64,000 bases of DNA from Nitrosopumilus sp. (GTDB lineage Archaea; Thermoproteota; Nitrososphaeria; Nitrososphaerales; Nitrosopumilaceae), in assembly GCA_965204345.1 (NCBI GenBank), contig OZ241981.1:928001-992000 (forward strand). Direction: 5' to 3'. The notes beneath the pieces were generated by a model that was not told the origin of the DNA, did no database searches, and worked only from the letters and a program-made list of their open reading frames with translations. Positions 39,001-49,610 of this stretch are shown piece by piece. A program made the position numbers and the translations under genes. Each line of letters begins with the position of its first letter. The first letter of the stretch is position 1.

Positions 39001-40268
39001 TGCTGGATCCAAAACTAATCAAGGAAAAGCCACAGGTTATTCAAGATATGCTCAAAGCAAGGGGGGCAGTTGACTTTGATTTGGATGCGCTAGTCAAGCA
39101 TGACCAAAAACGGCGAGAGTTTATCCTCAAGACAGACGAATTGCGAAAAAGGAAAAATCAGGTCGCATTAGAGATTGCCCAAAAAAAGAGATCAGGCAAG
39201 GATGCTTCGTCAATTTTGTCAGAAATGAAGAATGTTTCATCTGAGCTTACAAGATTAGAATCAGAGCAGGCCAGTATCCAAGGCGCATATTCCAGACTGG
39301 CATCAACGATACCGAATCTCATTGACAAATCAGTTCCCGTAGGAGCAGATGAGAGCGCAAACAAGGAGATAAAAAGATGGGGAGACGTGCCAAATTTTGA
39401 TTTTAAGATTAATGACCATATTGATATTTCAGAGAATCTGGGCCTGGTTGATTTGGAAAGGGCTGCAAAAGTGGCAGGTTCCAGATTTTATTACTTGAGG
39501 GATGATCTTGTGAGATTGAACCAGTCATTAATCCACTACGGACTGGATTTTCTTGCAAAAAAAGGATATTCCCTTGTTCAGCCTCCGTACATGATCAATC
39601 GGGAGTCGATGGAGGGGGCAGTAATTGCAGATGACTTTGAGGAGGTCATCTACAAGGTTGAAGACGAGGATCTATACATGATTGGAACATCTGAGCATGC
39701 AATGGCAGCAATGAGGGCAAAAGAGATTCTGGATGGAAAGGACCTGCCTTTACGGTACGCAGGGATTAGCCCATGTTTTAGGAAAGAAGCAGGTGCGCAT
39801 GGGAGGGATCAAAAGGGAATTTTCAGGGTCCATCAGTTTGATAAAATTGAACAATTTGTATTTTCAAGACCTGAGGATTCCTGGAAGGAGCACGAAAAAA
39901 TGCTATCAGCTGCTGAAGAATTTTACCAAAATTTGGAAATACCCCACAGGGTTATGCTGCTATCAACTGGAGACATGGGGAAAATTTCGGCAAAAACATA
40001 CGATATTGAGGCATGGATGGCAGGACAGAACGCTTACCGAGAGATTGTTTCATGCTCAAACTGCCTGGAATATCAAGCAAGAAGGCTAAAGATTAGGTTT
40101 AGAGACAAAACAAATGAGGCCACCCAGTATGTACACACACTAAACAGTACCCTGATAGCGACAACAAGAGTTCTAGTATCAATTATGGAGAATTTTCAAA
40201 CCAAGGACGGACACGTCAAAATTCCCAGCGTTTTACAGAGTTACATGGGAAATCAGAAAGAGCTCTAG
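39000..40268 (+). CDS. serS: Serine--tRNA ligase
   Basis: IGTSEH, CFRKEAG, FRVHQFDKIEQF and EIVSCSNC motifs. Confidence 0.96.
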   Translation: MLDPKLIKEKPQVIQDMLKARGAVDFDLDALVKHDQKRREFILKTDELRKRKNQVALEIAQKKRSGKDASSILSEMKNVSSELTRLESEQASIQGAYSRLASTIPNLIDKSVPVGADESANKEIKRWGDVPNFDFKINDHIDISENLGLVDLERAAKVAGSRFYYLRDDLVRLNQSLIHYGLDFLAKKGYSLVQPPYMINRESMEGAVIADDFEEVIYKVEDEDLYMIGTSEHAMAAMRAKEILDGKDLPLRYAGISPCFRKEAGAHGRDQKGIFRVHQFDKIEQFVFSRPEDSWKEHEKMLSAAEEFYQNLEIPHRVMLLSTGDMGKISAKTYDIEAWMAGQNAYREIVSCSNCLEYQARRLKIRFRDKTNEATQYVHTLNSTLIATTRVLVSIMENFQTKDGHVKIPSVLQSYMGNQKEL

Positions 40269-40308
40269 TGATATACCCTTATATTTTGGGTTCAAAGGTC
40301 GTTAATAA

Positions 40309-40920
40309 TTGGCACGTAGAAAAGGTCGTATTAAGGACAAGTGGAGAGATAAGCGCTGGGTTACAGTTCAAGCACCAGACTCGTTTAACAATGTTGCAAT
40401 CGCATACGTCCCAATCACAGATGATGAAAATGCAAAGGGCAGGGTCTTGGAAGTTACACTGTATGATATTTTAAAAGGGGATCCCTCACAACACCAATAC
40501 AAAATCTATTTTCAGATTAACAAAGTTGAGGGCGACATTGCATCGACAATTTTCAAGAGATACGAGTACTCAAAGGAATTTTTGCGCAGTCTGGTCAGGC
40601 GCGGTTCATCAAAAATTAATTTCATCATAGACATCAAAACAAGAGACGGATATATCTTCAGGATTAAGCTGCTTGCACTAACCCACAGGCAGTTAAACAC
40701 ATCCAGACAACACGCACTGAGACTAATTGCCAGGGATGTAATTAATAAGACAATTCCAGAAATGAGCATTGATCAGTTTGTTCAAGCAACATGTTATAGC
40801 AAAATCAATTCAGACATAATGGCAGCATTCAAAAAGGTAATCAGAGTCAGGCACGTAGGCCTGGAGAAAGTAAAACTCATCAGAACAGCAGACAAAGAGA
40901 CAAAATTACTAGAAGCATAG
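40309..40920 (+). CDS. rps3ae: 30S ribosomal protein S3Ae (eS1)
   Basis: KDKWRDKRW, GRVLEVTLYD and LRSLVRR motifs. Confidence 0.93.
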   Translation: MARRKGRIKDKWRDKRWVTVQAPDSFNNVAIAYVPITDDENAKGRVLEVTLYDILKGDPSQHQYKIYFQINKVEGDIASTIFKRYEYSKEFLRSLVRRGSSKINFIIDIKTRDGYIFRIKLLALTHRQLNTSRQHALRLIARDVINKTIPEMSIDQFVQATCYSKINSDIMAAFKKVIRVRHVGLEKVKLIRTADKETKLLEA

Positions 40921-40951
40921 CCAACAACAAAGAGATTATTCTTTTGCAATT

Positions 40952-41386
40952 ATGACGGCAAATAAGATTGAAATTTCAATTGACGTCATTGTTCATGCAA
41001 CTGAGGACATTTCAAAAATTTTTCAGTCTTTTGAAGAGTCTTTAGAGATTCGCCAGGATGATTTTGCCATCAAAGAGACAAGGGGACACTATGATAATCC
41101 AATAATTATGCTAAACGCAAGTATTGAAAAAAAGCAGGCCCAAGATTTTATGGGCAGGCTGCTTGAGTTTTTTTCAGCCAAGCAAACAAGCAGGCTAGTT
41201 GAAGAAATCGAAGAAAGGACAGAAAATTCCAGATTTCACTTAAGATTAAGCAAACAGGAGCTCATCAAAGGAAATTTGGTAGTTGAGGAAAAGGGCACAA
41301 TAAAAATAAAGATACACACGCCAATCTACAACAAAAAAGAGACCGTCAAAAAACTCTCTGAAATTTTTCATTGTCAACTAGATTAA
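40952..41386 (+). CDS. Archaeal RNA-binding protein (exosome-associated, HATED motif)
   Basis: VHATED, GHYDNPI and FHLRLSKQ motifs. Confidence 0.8.
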   Translation: MTANKIEISIDVIVHATEDISKIFQSFEESLEIRQDDFAIKETRGHYDNPIIMLNASIEKKQAQDFMGRLLEFFSAKQTSRLVEEIEERTENSRFHLRLSKQELIKGNLVVEEKGTIKIKIHTPIYNKKETVKKLSEIFHCQLD

Positions 41387-41563
41387 ATAGGAACAAAACT
41401 AGCATAATTTGGGAATGAGGAAATAACAGCCGCTCCAGTCTGAGCCAAAGCCTTGAAGACGCCGCGACGAACCGACCCCTTCATCGATCAATGGTTTTAC
41501 AAGATTGATTTGCAGACTGTTTGATGGTATTATTTTAAATACGGATAGACAGGCCTCAATATC

Positions 41564-43021
41564 GTGGCAGATTATGACGTTATAATCGCAGGAGGGGGTC
41601 TTGCAGGAACCATTACAGCACAGGCCATTTCCCACTACTCAGACCAAAACTTGAAAATCTTGGTAGTTGATAGAAATACCGAATTTTTGCCGGGTCGAAA
41701 ATCTCTGGCAGGATGGGTATGTGGAGATGCATGCTCCAAAGAGGCAGTTGATTTCATGTCCGAAAGAATCAAAATTCAATGGACTAGACCGGAAATTGAG
41801 CATGACGTAAAAGGAGTAATGGCATTTTCACCAGACAGGGAGACTGCAATTCCATTTGACGGTGATGGATTTATGTTAAACCGCCAGAGGCTGCCAGAAA
41901 TTCAAAATGAGAGGTGCAAAAAGATGGGAATAGAATTCGAATATGAGATTAACATAACAGGTTTAATCTATGAAGGCCAGCAGGCAGTTGGAATACAGGG
42001 AATAGATAACAAAACAAAACAGCCATTTAAGAAAACCTCAAAGATCGTAATTGATGCCACGGGGGTTACATCCATGCTAAGAAACGGTCTGAAGAATTCT
42101 GCCAAGGTAGAAAAAAGAATTGATAGAAGGGACTTGGAGTCAACTGGAAGATACATTATGCATTTTGAGCCAGGACAAAAGGAGTTATCTGAGTTTGATC
42201 CTGATTACTGCATTATTCATTTAGATCAGGATATTGCACCTGGCGGATATGGATGGGTGTTTCCAAAAGGGGACACCAAGGTCAACATCGGCCTAGGCGT
42301 TGAAAAATCCCTTTTGGATAGAAGAAACAAGAGGCTGGGCAAGAAGGACAACGTGGAATCGCTGATGAAAGAGTACCTTCATAGAAATGTCGCAATTAAG
42401 AATGCAAGACTATCAGAGGAGGCCCAAGACATCAACAACAACTCGGGCATCTTTCAGGTCTCAGTAAGAAGGCAAAATGACTGCATGGTATCAGGGGGAT
42501 ACATGATGGTTGGGGATTCGGCATGGATGCCAAAACCAATAGATGCCGGAGGAATAGGTCCGGCACTAATTGCAGGTACAATTATTGGAAACAATGTTGC
42601 ACAGGCCATAGAAGCAAACGATGTTTCTGAAGCGGGGTTATGGCAGTACAATTTAGACTTTATTGAGGAATACGGATACAAGACAGCTGGACTAGAACTG
42701 TTTAGAAGGCTGGTTCAGCAGATGACTAATGAGCAGATAAGCTATGGCATGAAACACTTTTTGGGCAATATGGATGTCGAATCAATTAGCAAGGGGGAGC
42801 ATCCAGACTTTTCAGGACTGGGAAAGCTTGGAATGATTATCAGAGGCGCAATGAACAAGACGGTTGCAGATGGATTAAGATACACATCAAAAGAAAACCA
42901 GTGGCTGGTAGGCCATTACAATGACTATCCAAAAGATCCTTCCGGGTTTGATGATTGGAACAAGACGCTGCATCAGAGAATGGATGCAGCATTTGCCAAA
43001 GTAGAGGCATTTGGAAAATAA
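41564..43021 (+). CDS. Geranylgeranyl reductase family FAD-dependent oxidoreductase
   Basis: GGGLAG, VCGDA, PGGYGWVFPK and VGDSA..PIDAGGI motifs. Confidence 0.88.
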   Translation: MADYDVIIAGGGLAGTITAQAISHYSDQNLKILVVDRNTEFLPGRKSLAGWVCGDACSKEAVDFMSERIKIQWTRPEIEHDVKGVMAFSPDRETAIPFDGDGFMLNRQRLPEIQNERCKKMGIEFEYEINITGLIYEGQQAVGIQGIDNKTKQPFKKTSKIVIDATGVTSMLRNGLKNSAKVEKRIDRRDLESTGRYIMHFEPGQKELSEFDPDYCIIHLDQDIAPGGYGWVFPKGDTKVNIGLGVEKSLLDRRNKRLGKKDNVESLMKEYLHRNVAIKNARLSEEAQDINNNSGIFQVSVRRQNDCMVSGGYMMVGDSAWMPKPIDAGGIGPALIAGTIIGNNVAQAIEANDVSEAGLWQYNLDFIEEYGYKTAGLELFRRLVQQMTNEQISYGMKHFLGNMDVESISKGEHPDFSGLGKLGMIIRGAMNKTVADGLRYTSKENQWLVGHYNDYPKDPSGFDDWNKTLHQRMDAAFAKVEAFGK

Positions 43022-43062
43022 GATCTAATATTAAATATTGATTGAATTAACCAAGACATACT

Positions 43063-43857
43063 TTGAAAGAAGCGCAATATCTTGATTGGAACAACTCTAT
43101 TGAAATTCTAAACAGAGCCTATGAAACGGGTCTTTTTGTGCTTATCATAGGTCCAAAGGGAACCGGAAAAACATCCCTAGTAAGAGATTTTGCCAAAAAC
43201 AAGAACATCAGCTTAGAGTCGATTAATTTTAGTCTTAGAACAAGAGAGAGCCATCTGATTGGCACAAAAACACTAAGGGATGGAACAGTGAGTTTTGATG
43301 AGGGGCTGCTAATAAAATCAATGAAAAGCGGCGAGATGCTTTATCTTGATGAGATCAATTCAGCAGAAGCAGATGTGCTATTGCGGTTAGATGAGGCATT
43401 AGATGACAGGCGGCAGATTGTATTAAAAGAATCCACAGGAGAGACGGTCAAGGCAAAAGAAGACTGGTTTGTAGTGGCAACAATTAATCCATTAACACAC
43501 AGCGGAACCAAGGAATTGCCGCCGCAATTACTAAGCAGATTTCCAGTACGAATCAGATTAGAGTATCCGCCAGAAAACATAGAGCTGGAAATTGTAAAGA
43601 AATATGTTTCAGGGAATCACGACTCTGAGATAGTTCAAGCAATCAAGCTGGCAAATACGCTTAGACAGGCAGCAGCTGTTGAGGAATTATTTTATTCGCC
43701 TAGCTTAAGGGAGACTATTGCTTTTGGAAGACTGTTGGACAAAGGAATGTCGCCAAAGCAAATAGCGGAAATTGTTTTTGGAAATGTCTACATGCAGTGG
43801 GGCAATATAGAATACCAAAAAGTAAGCGACATAATAACCTCGATGTTTGGAAGTTAA
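43063..43857 (+). CDS. MoxR-family AAA+ ATPase (CbbQ/NirQ/NorQ-like)
   Basis: GPKGTGKT, LYLDEIN, VATINP and LSRF motifs. Confidence 0.9.
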   Translation: MKEAQYLDWNNSIEILNRAYETGLFVLIIGPKGTGKTSLVRDFAKNKNISLESINFSLRTRESHLIGTKTLRDGTVSFDEGLLIKSMKSGEMLYLDEINSAEADVLLRLDEALDDRRQIVLKESTGETVKAKEDWFVVATINPLTHSGTKELPPQLLSRFPVRIRLEYPPENIELEIVKKYVSGNHDSEIVQAIKLANTLRQAAAVEELFYSPSLRETIAFGRLLDKGMSPKQIAEIVFGNVYMQWGNIEYQKVSDIITSMFGS

Positions 43858-45420
43858 ATGCAACCAACTCAACTCCAAAATGATTCTCTGGTGGAAATTG
43901 CAACTTTTCTAGTCAGGAGGTGGTCTGAGAAGGACGACATCATAATTGAAATTTCAGAGAAGACAGAAACCAAAACCAGACTAAAGGAAAAAAAAGTAAT
44001 CCTAACGCCGCTAGAAAAAAGAGTTGGGGATGACTTTCAAAAGTACCGGCAGTTTAGAACGTCACTGTGGTATGAGGCCATGCGAATCAAATATTGCCAG
44101 AAGATTCTCAGCGATGATCACGCGTTTGGATTTATTCTCAACACCATGGAAACCCGGAGAATTGAGAAGCTGGGAAGGAAAATTTGGAAGGGCATGGATA
44201 ATGAAATAATTTTTAATTATACCTACATGCTAGTTGCAAGGCCGCAACTGCACACGGTTTATGGAAAGGCAAGGATTGTAGAGGCGTTTTACCAGTATTT
44301 CATGTTTGGGGCAATCAAGGGAGAAATACAAAAAAGCAATTTTGAGAAAATAAAACAGGCAACAGTCTTTGCAAGGAAAATTGTTAACCAATCAATAGAT
44401 GAAAATCAGAATACGGAATGGATTGAACAGCATGTAGGTGAAATAATCAAGATATTGGATATTGATTCTCTTCTGACAATACCAGTATCGCTGCCATTTA
44501 TGAAAGCCGGAATGGCATTATCAGAGGCGGAGCTGCTCAAGGTACTAAAGATAATTTCCAAAAATAAGGAGGGTGACTTGGGAACCATTGATCCAAACTC
44601 GGTTATGAGCGGCCAGGACGTCTACGATGAGTACAAGGTATTGCTAGATGAGAATAAAAAAACAGAAAATAAGGGTCTGAGCACAGAGACCATTGGAATA
44701 CAGACTCCGTCAACAAGAAACGTAGATGAGGCAACAATCTACGATATTGCTTTGATCAACGGATTAAAAATGAAGTTCAAAGAGTGGAAGTCAGGATGGA
44801 AGGAACAGCATCTAAGATCCGGCGATGAATTTGACGAGGAGAGCTACATTGATGGCAATGAGCCATTTTTTACCGATATTAAAAAATCAATTAAAACAAA
44901 GATTGTGATACTGTTAGATCACTCATCTAGTATTGCATCTGATGCTGTTGAATACAAAAAAGCAACTCTGGCATTATGTGAGGTATTGTCATTTCTTAAA
45001 GTGAAATTTGCAGTATATGCATTTAGTACCGAAAATAGGGCAATGGTGTGCTGGTCAGTCAAGCCAGAGAATGTCAAATGGAATAGCATTACTGCAAAGA
45101 GATTAGCGCAGATTGTTGCCAACGGTTCAACGCCGCTGGCCGAAGTCTATGACAAAATATTCCCAATCCTGCAATCAAAGAGGCCAGATATTTTCCTGAC
45201 ATTGACTGATGGCGAGCCATCTGATCCGGATTCGGTGAGAAACATGATCAAGTCATTTAAGGGACTGGGAATTGGCATGATTGCCTTGGGATTAGGCCCA
45301 AATACAGTAAGGGCCACAACAATAGCAAACAACCTAAGACGCCTGGGATATGAAAAGACCATGGCAGTTAGCAGGCTAAATGACATTCCAAATAAGGTCA
45401 TGAGCATTTTAGGGGGATAG
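43858..45420 (+). CDS. VWA-domain partner of the MoxR ATPase (CbbO/NorD-like)
   Basis: MIDAS motif LLDHSSS, GSTPL and LTDGEP. Confidence 0.88.
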   Translation: MQPTQLQNDSLVEIATFLVRRWSEKDDIIIEISEKTETKTRLKEKKVILTPLEKRVGDDFQKYRQFRTSLWYEAMRIKYCQKILSDDHAFGFILNTMETRRIEKLGRKIWKGMDNEIIFNYTYMLVARPQLHTVYGKARIVEAFYQYFMFGAIKGEIQKSNFEKIKQATVFARKIVNQSIDENQNTEWIEQHVGEIIKILDIDSLLTIPVSLPFMKAGMALSEAELLKVLKIISKNKEGDLGTIDPNSVMSGQDVYDEYKVLLDENKKTENKGLSTETIGIQTPSTRNVDEATIYDIALINGLKMKFKEWKSGWKEQHLRSGDEFDEESYIDGNEPFFTDIKKSIKTKIVILLDHSSSIASDAVEYKKATLALCEVLSFLKVKFAVYAFSTENRAMVCWSVKPENVKWNSITAKRLAQIVANGSTPLAEVYDKIFPILQSKRPDIFLTLTDGEPSDPDSVRNMIKSFKGLGIGMIALGLGPNTVRATTIANNLRRLGYEKTMAVSRLNDIPNKVMSILGG

Positions 45421-45448
45421 GAGATCAGCATCGATCAGGATATTTTAT

Positions 45449-47026
45449 ATGAGCAAAAAATTGACGGCGTTTAGGCAAAGTATGTCAGAAAACAGTATTG
45501 ATAAAGCACTGCTTGATAAATTTGAGCAGGAAATCTGGGGCAAGATACCACATCTGGATGAGGGTGGCAGAGTAGTCAATGCAACACCGCTAGTTGATCT
45601 TACAGGTGATCTCAAAGAATGTGCAAAGAACCTATACAAGCTTGACATATCAGATTTGGATTTGAAGGTTTATGGCAAGTTTGATGCTGATTTGCTAACA
45701 GGTTCAATCAAGGTCAGACCTGCAATTCACATTATGCATGATGCCATCAAGACAGGCAAACTAAAAGGCGGACAGGCAATTATTGAGGCAACATCAGGGA
45801 ATTTTGGAATTGCATTAGGCCAAATGTCAAAGCTTGGACTAACAGTCATTTCTCTTGTTTCAAGAAAATTACAAGAGGGAGTATTCAAAGAACTAAGAAA
45901 CGAAAATATTCGAATAATGGATTTGGATATGGATATTTGTCCAGCTCCTGGAATCAAAGACAGTGTTGCTGATGCGTTAAAGGCAAAGGCAACTGCTGCT
46001 AACATTCGATCCCAGCTAACGGAGATGGGTTTTGATCCTGCGATTTTTGATGGTTCAATTGCAGAAATTGAATCACTGCTAGGAGCAGAGGATATCATTA
46101 ACTTGGCAAAGCTGCTTGCAAAAATCTACGGATGCTTTTGTCCAGAACAGTACGACAATGAATTAAACATCAATGCACACCAAACGATAACTGCCGTAGA
46201 AATTGAACAGCAATTGCATGAAAACGGAGACTCGCTGGAGGATTATAAAATAATGTGTACATTTGGGACAGGTGGCACCTCAGGGGGACTGGGCAGATAC
46301 ATGGATGAGAAATATAATAAAAAAGCAGTCCATGTGGTATTTCCTCCTGCAGGCCAAGACGTGGCAGGAATCAGGACAAAGGCAAAGGCTGATGGATTAA
46401 GGCTGTATAATCCAGACGCATATGCAGCAGAGCACGAAGTAGATTTTGGACAAGCCAGGCACCTGCTAAAATTCTTTGTAGAGAAGGGGCACAATATCGG
46501 CGAAAGTACGGCACTTGCACTGTACTCGGTACTAGAGATGCTAAGTGATGGAGGCAAGGGCAAGTTTGTAGTCGTAGTTGCCGACGGAATAGAAAAGTAT
46601 AAAAAAAATCTAGAGGCCATCTCAGGCAATCAGCGCATTCAGGTATCACTAGATGAGGCATCAGCAAGTGCTCAAGACTATGATAAAATAATTTGGGTTC
46701 ATACCTCATACACACCAAAGGAGGAGGGAATTGAGATGATTGCCAAGTCGCTAGGAGTGGATAAGGAAAAAATTGCAATACCAAAGGCCAGTACCATTAA
46801 TCAGCTACTATCAACACAGCAAGTTCCAGAAGAACTCAATAAGGACCTAGACGGTTCCAAAGGCAAATCACTGCTAATTTGTATGGCTGGAAATACCTCA
46901 CTGATGACTGCCCAGGTACTTGCAAGCAAAGGCATAGCAACTGAGAGCCTGAATGGCGGAATCACCAGCTTGCCTGAAGGGCAGGGCAAGAATCCAGGCC
47001 AATATATCAGGGCAGCCACTGAGTAG
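45449..47026 (+). CDS. PLP-dependent cysteine synthase-like enzyme fused to a rhodanese-like domain
   Basis: TGSIKVR, EATSGNFG and FGTGGT motifs; C-terminal LICMAGNTS...LNGGI. Confidence 0.8.
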   Translation: MSKKLTAFRQSMSENSIDKALLDKFEQEIWGKIPHLDEGGRVVNATPLVDLTGDLKECAKNLYKLDISDLDLKVYGKFDADLLTGSIKVRPAIHIMHDAIKTGKLKGGQAIIEATSGNFGIALGQMSKLGLTVISLVSRKLQEGVFKELRNENIRIMDLDMDICPAPGIKDSVADALKAKATAANIRSQLTEMGFDPAIFDGSIAEIESLLGAEDIINLAKLLAKIYGCFCPEQYDNELNINAHQTITAVEIEQQLHENGDSLEDYKIMCTFGTGGTSGGLGRYMDEKYNKKAVHVVFPPAGQDVAGIRTKAKADGLRLYNPDAYAAEHEVDFGQARHLLKFFVEKGHNIGESTALALYSVLEMLSDGGKGKFVVVVADGIEKYKKNLEAISGNQRIQVSLDEASASAQDYDKIIWVHTSYTPKEEGIEMIAKSLGVDKEKIAIPKASTINQLLSTQQVPEELNKDLDGSKGKSLLICMAGNTSLMTAQVLASKGIATESLNGGITSLPEGQGKNPGQYIRAATE

Positions 47027-47030
47027 TACT

Positions 47031-47486
47031 TTGAAATGTCTCTCAGTATCCCAGCCATTTGCTGAGCTAATTATCTCAGGCAAAAAAACCATAGAATTGC
47101 GCAGCTGGAATACAAAGTTTCGCGGGGAATTTTTGGTTCATGCCCCACTCAGTGTTAAAACAAAGGATGTCAGACGGCTGAAAATTAACAAGAAATTTGT
47201 AACCGGTGCAATAGTTGGAAAGACAATACTGTATGATGTAAAAAAATACAATTCAAAAAAAGAGATCAAGGAGGATGGAAGATTCCATCACGCAGAAAAA
47301 GATTTTCAAAACAAAACATATGGGTTCATCCTAAAAAATTCAAAACCGTTTAGAGTTCCAATCCCATGGAAGGGACAGTTAGGATTTTTTGATGTGGATG
47401 TTCCAAAAATGAAAACAGGGAACAGAGAAATTGTAGCTGACATCATTGATGAGGAATACCGGTACCAGTGGATTGGACATCATTAG
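47031..47486 (+). CDS. ASCH domain protein
   Basis: LSVSQPFAELIISGKKTIELR and KGQLGFF motifs. Confidence 0.88.
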   Translation: MKCLSVSQPFAELIISGKKTIELRSWNTKFRGEFLVHAPLSVKTKDVRRLKINKKFVTGAIVGKTILYDVKKYNSKKEIKEDGRFHHAEKDFQNKTYGFILKNSKPFRVPIPWKGQLGFFDVDVPKMKTGNREIVADIIDEEYRYQWIGHH

Positions 47487-47549
47487 ATGATCTAAAAAAT
47501 GAAAAAATCGGACTAGTATATATAAAGGAACTATATAAAGTCCCTCGTT

Positions 47550-48113
47550 ATGCCTCAAACCAAGCCAATTGTTAGTGTTGAGAATGTTGTTGCATCTGCA
47601 TCAGTTGATCAGAAGATTGATTTGATTGAGATTACTAAAAAATTTCCAGACACTGAATATCATCCGGAACAATTTCCAGGGCTTGTCTTTAGATTGGCTA
47701 ATCCTAGGACAGCTACGCTGGTCTTTAGGACAGGCAAAATGGTATGTACAGGGGCCAAATCCGAGGAGATGTCAATAAAGGCAGTCAATACAGTCGTCCA
47801 AAAATTACGAAAAGGCAAGATAAAAATAAAAAAAGACGCGGTGATTACAGTTCAAAACATAGTAGCATCAATTAATCTTGGAGGAAAAATTCATTTAGAA
47901 AAGGCGGCCAGGACATTGCCAAGAAGCATGTATGAGCCAGAGCAGTTCCCAGGTTTAATTCACAGAATGCTTGATCCTAAAACAGTCATACTGTTATTTG
48001 CATCAGGAAAGCTTGTTTGCACCGGGTCCAAGAAGGAATCAGACGTTTATAGATCTGTCCATAATTTACACTCGTTGTTAGAGGAAAAAAACCTAATGAT
48101 TTATGATCAATGA
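47550..48113 (+). CDS. tbp: TATA-box binding protein
   Basis: Two repeats of YxPEQFPGL...GKxVCTG; ENVVAS/QNIVAS. Confidence 0.97.
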   Translation: MPQTKPIVSVENVVASASVDQKIDLIEITKKFPDTEYHPEQFPGLVFRLANPRTATLVFRTGKMVCTGAKSEEMSIKAVNTVVQKLRKGKIKIKKDAVITVQNIVASINLGGKIHLEKAARTLPRSMYEPEQFPGLIHRMLDPKTVILLFASGKLVCTGSKKESDVYRSVHNLHSLLEEKNLMIYDQ

Positions 48114-48363
48114 TTCCAGAGATATCAAAGAATTGATCAATGATAATGATGATGCCTTTGAGGAGGAAAAGATCAGGCTCACACCCGAAAAAGGCTTTGA
48201 TTTGATTGGAATTGATTATTTTGCAGAGCCGGGAAACCAGCTGTACCTTATTGAGCATTTTGAGATGTATCAAGATGCGTTAAATGCTAAAAAGGATAGA
48301 AAAAACCAGGATGAGTTTTTTGTCTTATACAAGGGAACAAACGATGAATTTTTCTGCAGATAA
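48103..48363 (+). CDS. Hypothetical protein
   Basis: 86-aa acidic ORF overlapping the tbp end. Confidence 0.65.
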   Translation: MINDSRDIKELINDNDDAFEEEKIRLTPEKGFDLIGIDYFAEPGNQLYLIEHFEMYQDALNAKKDRKNQDEFFVLYKGTNDEFFCR

Positions 48364-48774
48364 AAGAACAAAACCTTACTAAACTTTACAAACTTTTAGC
48401 ACTTGGCTAAAAATCAGGGGAACGCTCCCTAAGGAAACAAGTATCTAGTTGAATACCAGAATTCAAAGGATTCCATAATAATGAATTAGCATCGCAAGGG
48501 ACAGATGTTGCATAGGAGAATCTGCATGAAAAATTAGACATGGTTACAAAATGCTGTCTCTATGTCATAGGATGTGATGATATTGATTTTTCAAACCCAG
48601 ATTCGGCAGTTGTGGATGTCTGAAATCTCACGGTGAAAAGCATTGCCATTCCAAAAAAAACGGCAGAGACATTTACGGCAAAGATTCAGGAAAACAAAAA
48701 AATCATAGCACGTCAAATGCATGGATGAAATTAGTGTCAAAAAATTAAGAGGAATGGCAGTTCATTGGAAAGAA

Positions 48775-49503
48775 TCAGGCAGTAAATGAAAATGTATTTG
48801 ACTTGGTATCGCCTCCGTTATCTGCTTTAATTGTATAAGTGCCAGAATTTTCCCATCCAAGGCCGCCTGCAATAGCCAAGGTTGAAAACCTTCCATCACT
48901 TTTTGTAGATACCTGCTCTGTCCATACAATCTCAGCATCCTGATTTTCAATGGACAAATTTACATCTCCAGATATGCTAGAAACACCACTAATGGAGATT
49001 AGATCCTGGTTATCATATACTGCCAAATCGGTTTGAACAGACAATGAGGCTGCAGCAACAGGCGGAGCAGTGGGATTGCCGTTACCAGTATTATTATTAT
49101 TATTAGGAATCTCACCAGTAATTCCGCTAAGAGATATGCCAACTGCCAGGATTACAACCAAGGCAATACCTGCAATTCCAAACATTACTTTTTTATTTTT
49201 AAGCCTAGAGTAAGTTTGTCTGGAAGTTTTTGTCTGAATTATAGGAGTTTGTGCTCTGGAAGTAACTATAGGTATTCTCACGTCTGGAATTGCAGGTTTT
49301 TCCTCAACAGGTAGAGAAGAAGGCGATATAAATTCAGGTCTTCTTCCCAAATGTTTCTCTGCTAACTGTTTTACATAATTTCTTTCATAATTGCTAATAA
49401 TTTCATTATGCTCGCAGGCCCTGCAAATTTGTTTTAATATTCTATCATCTCCAAAATCTTTATCCAAAAGAGCCTTTACGTCATCTAAGAGCGAATCAGC
49501 CAT
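48775..49503 (-). CDS. Membrane protein with a C-terminal extracellular Ig-like domain
   Basis: Central TM helix and a beta-rich C-terminus. Confidence 0.75.
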   Translation of the reverse strand: MADSLLDDVKALLDKDFGDDRILKQICRACEHNEIISNYERNYVKQLAEKHLGRRPEFISPSSLPVEEKPAIPDVRIPIVTSRAQTPIIQTKTSRQTYSRLKNKKVMFGIAGIALVVILAVGISLSGITGEIPNNNNNTGNGNPTAPPVAAASLSVQTDLAVYDNQDLISISGVSSISGDVNLSIENQDAEIVWTEQVSTKSDGRFSTLAIAGGLGWENSGTYTIKADNGGDTKSNTFSFTA

Positions 49504-49610
49504 CTCAATAATTATCCTATACTTGATTATTTATGAATATCTTGTGAATCATGCTCTAGACGAGTCTTAAAGATTGGAAATTAAAACAAGGTAAAATTTG
49601 TTCAAAAAAA

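Noticed and set aside
41399-41635. 78-aa minus-strand ORF, or 5S/SRP RNA
   Set aside because: The ORF overlaps the reductase start in antisense, and no 5S or SRP signature motifs are present.
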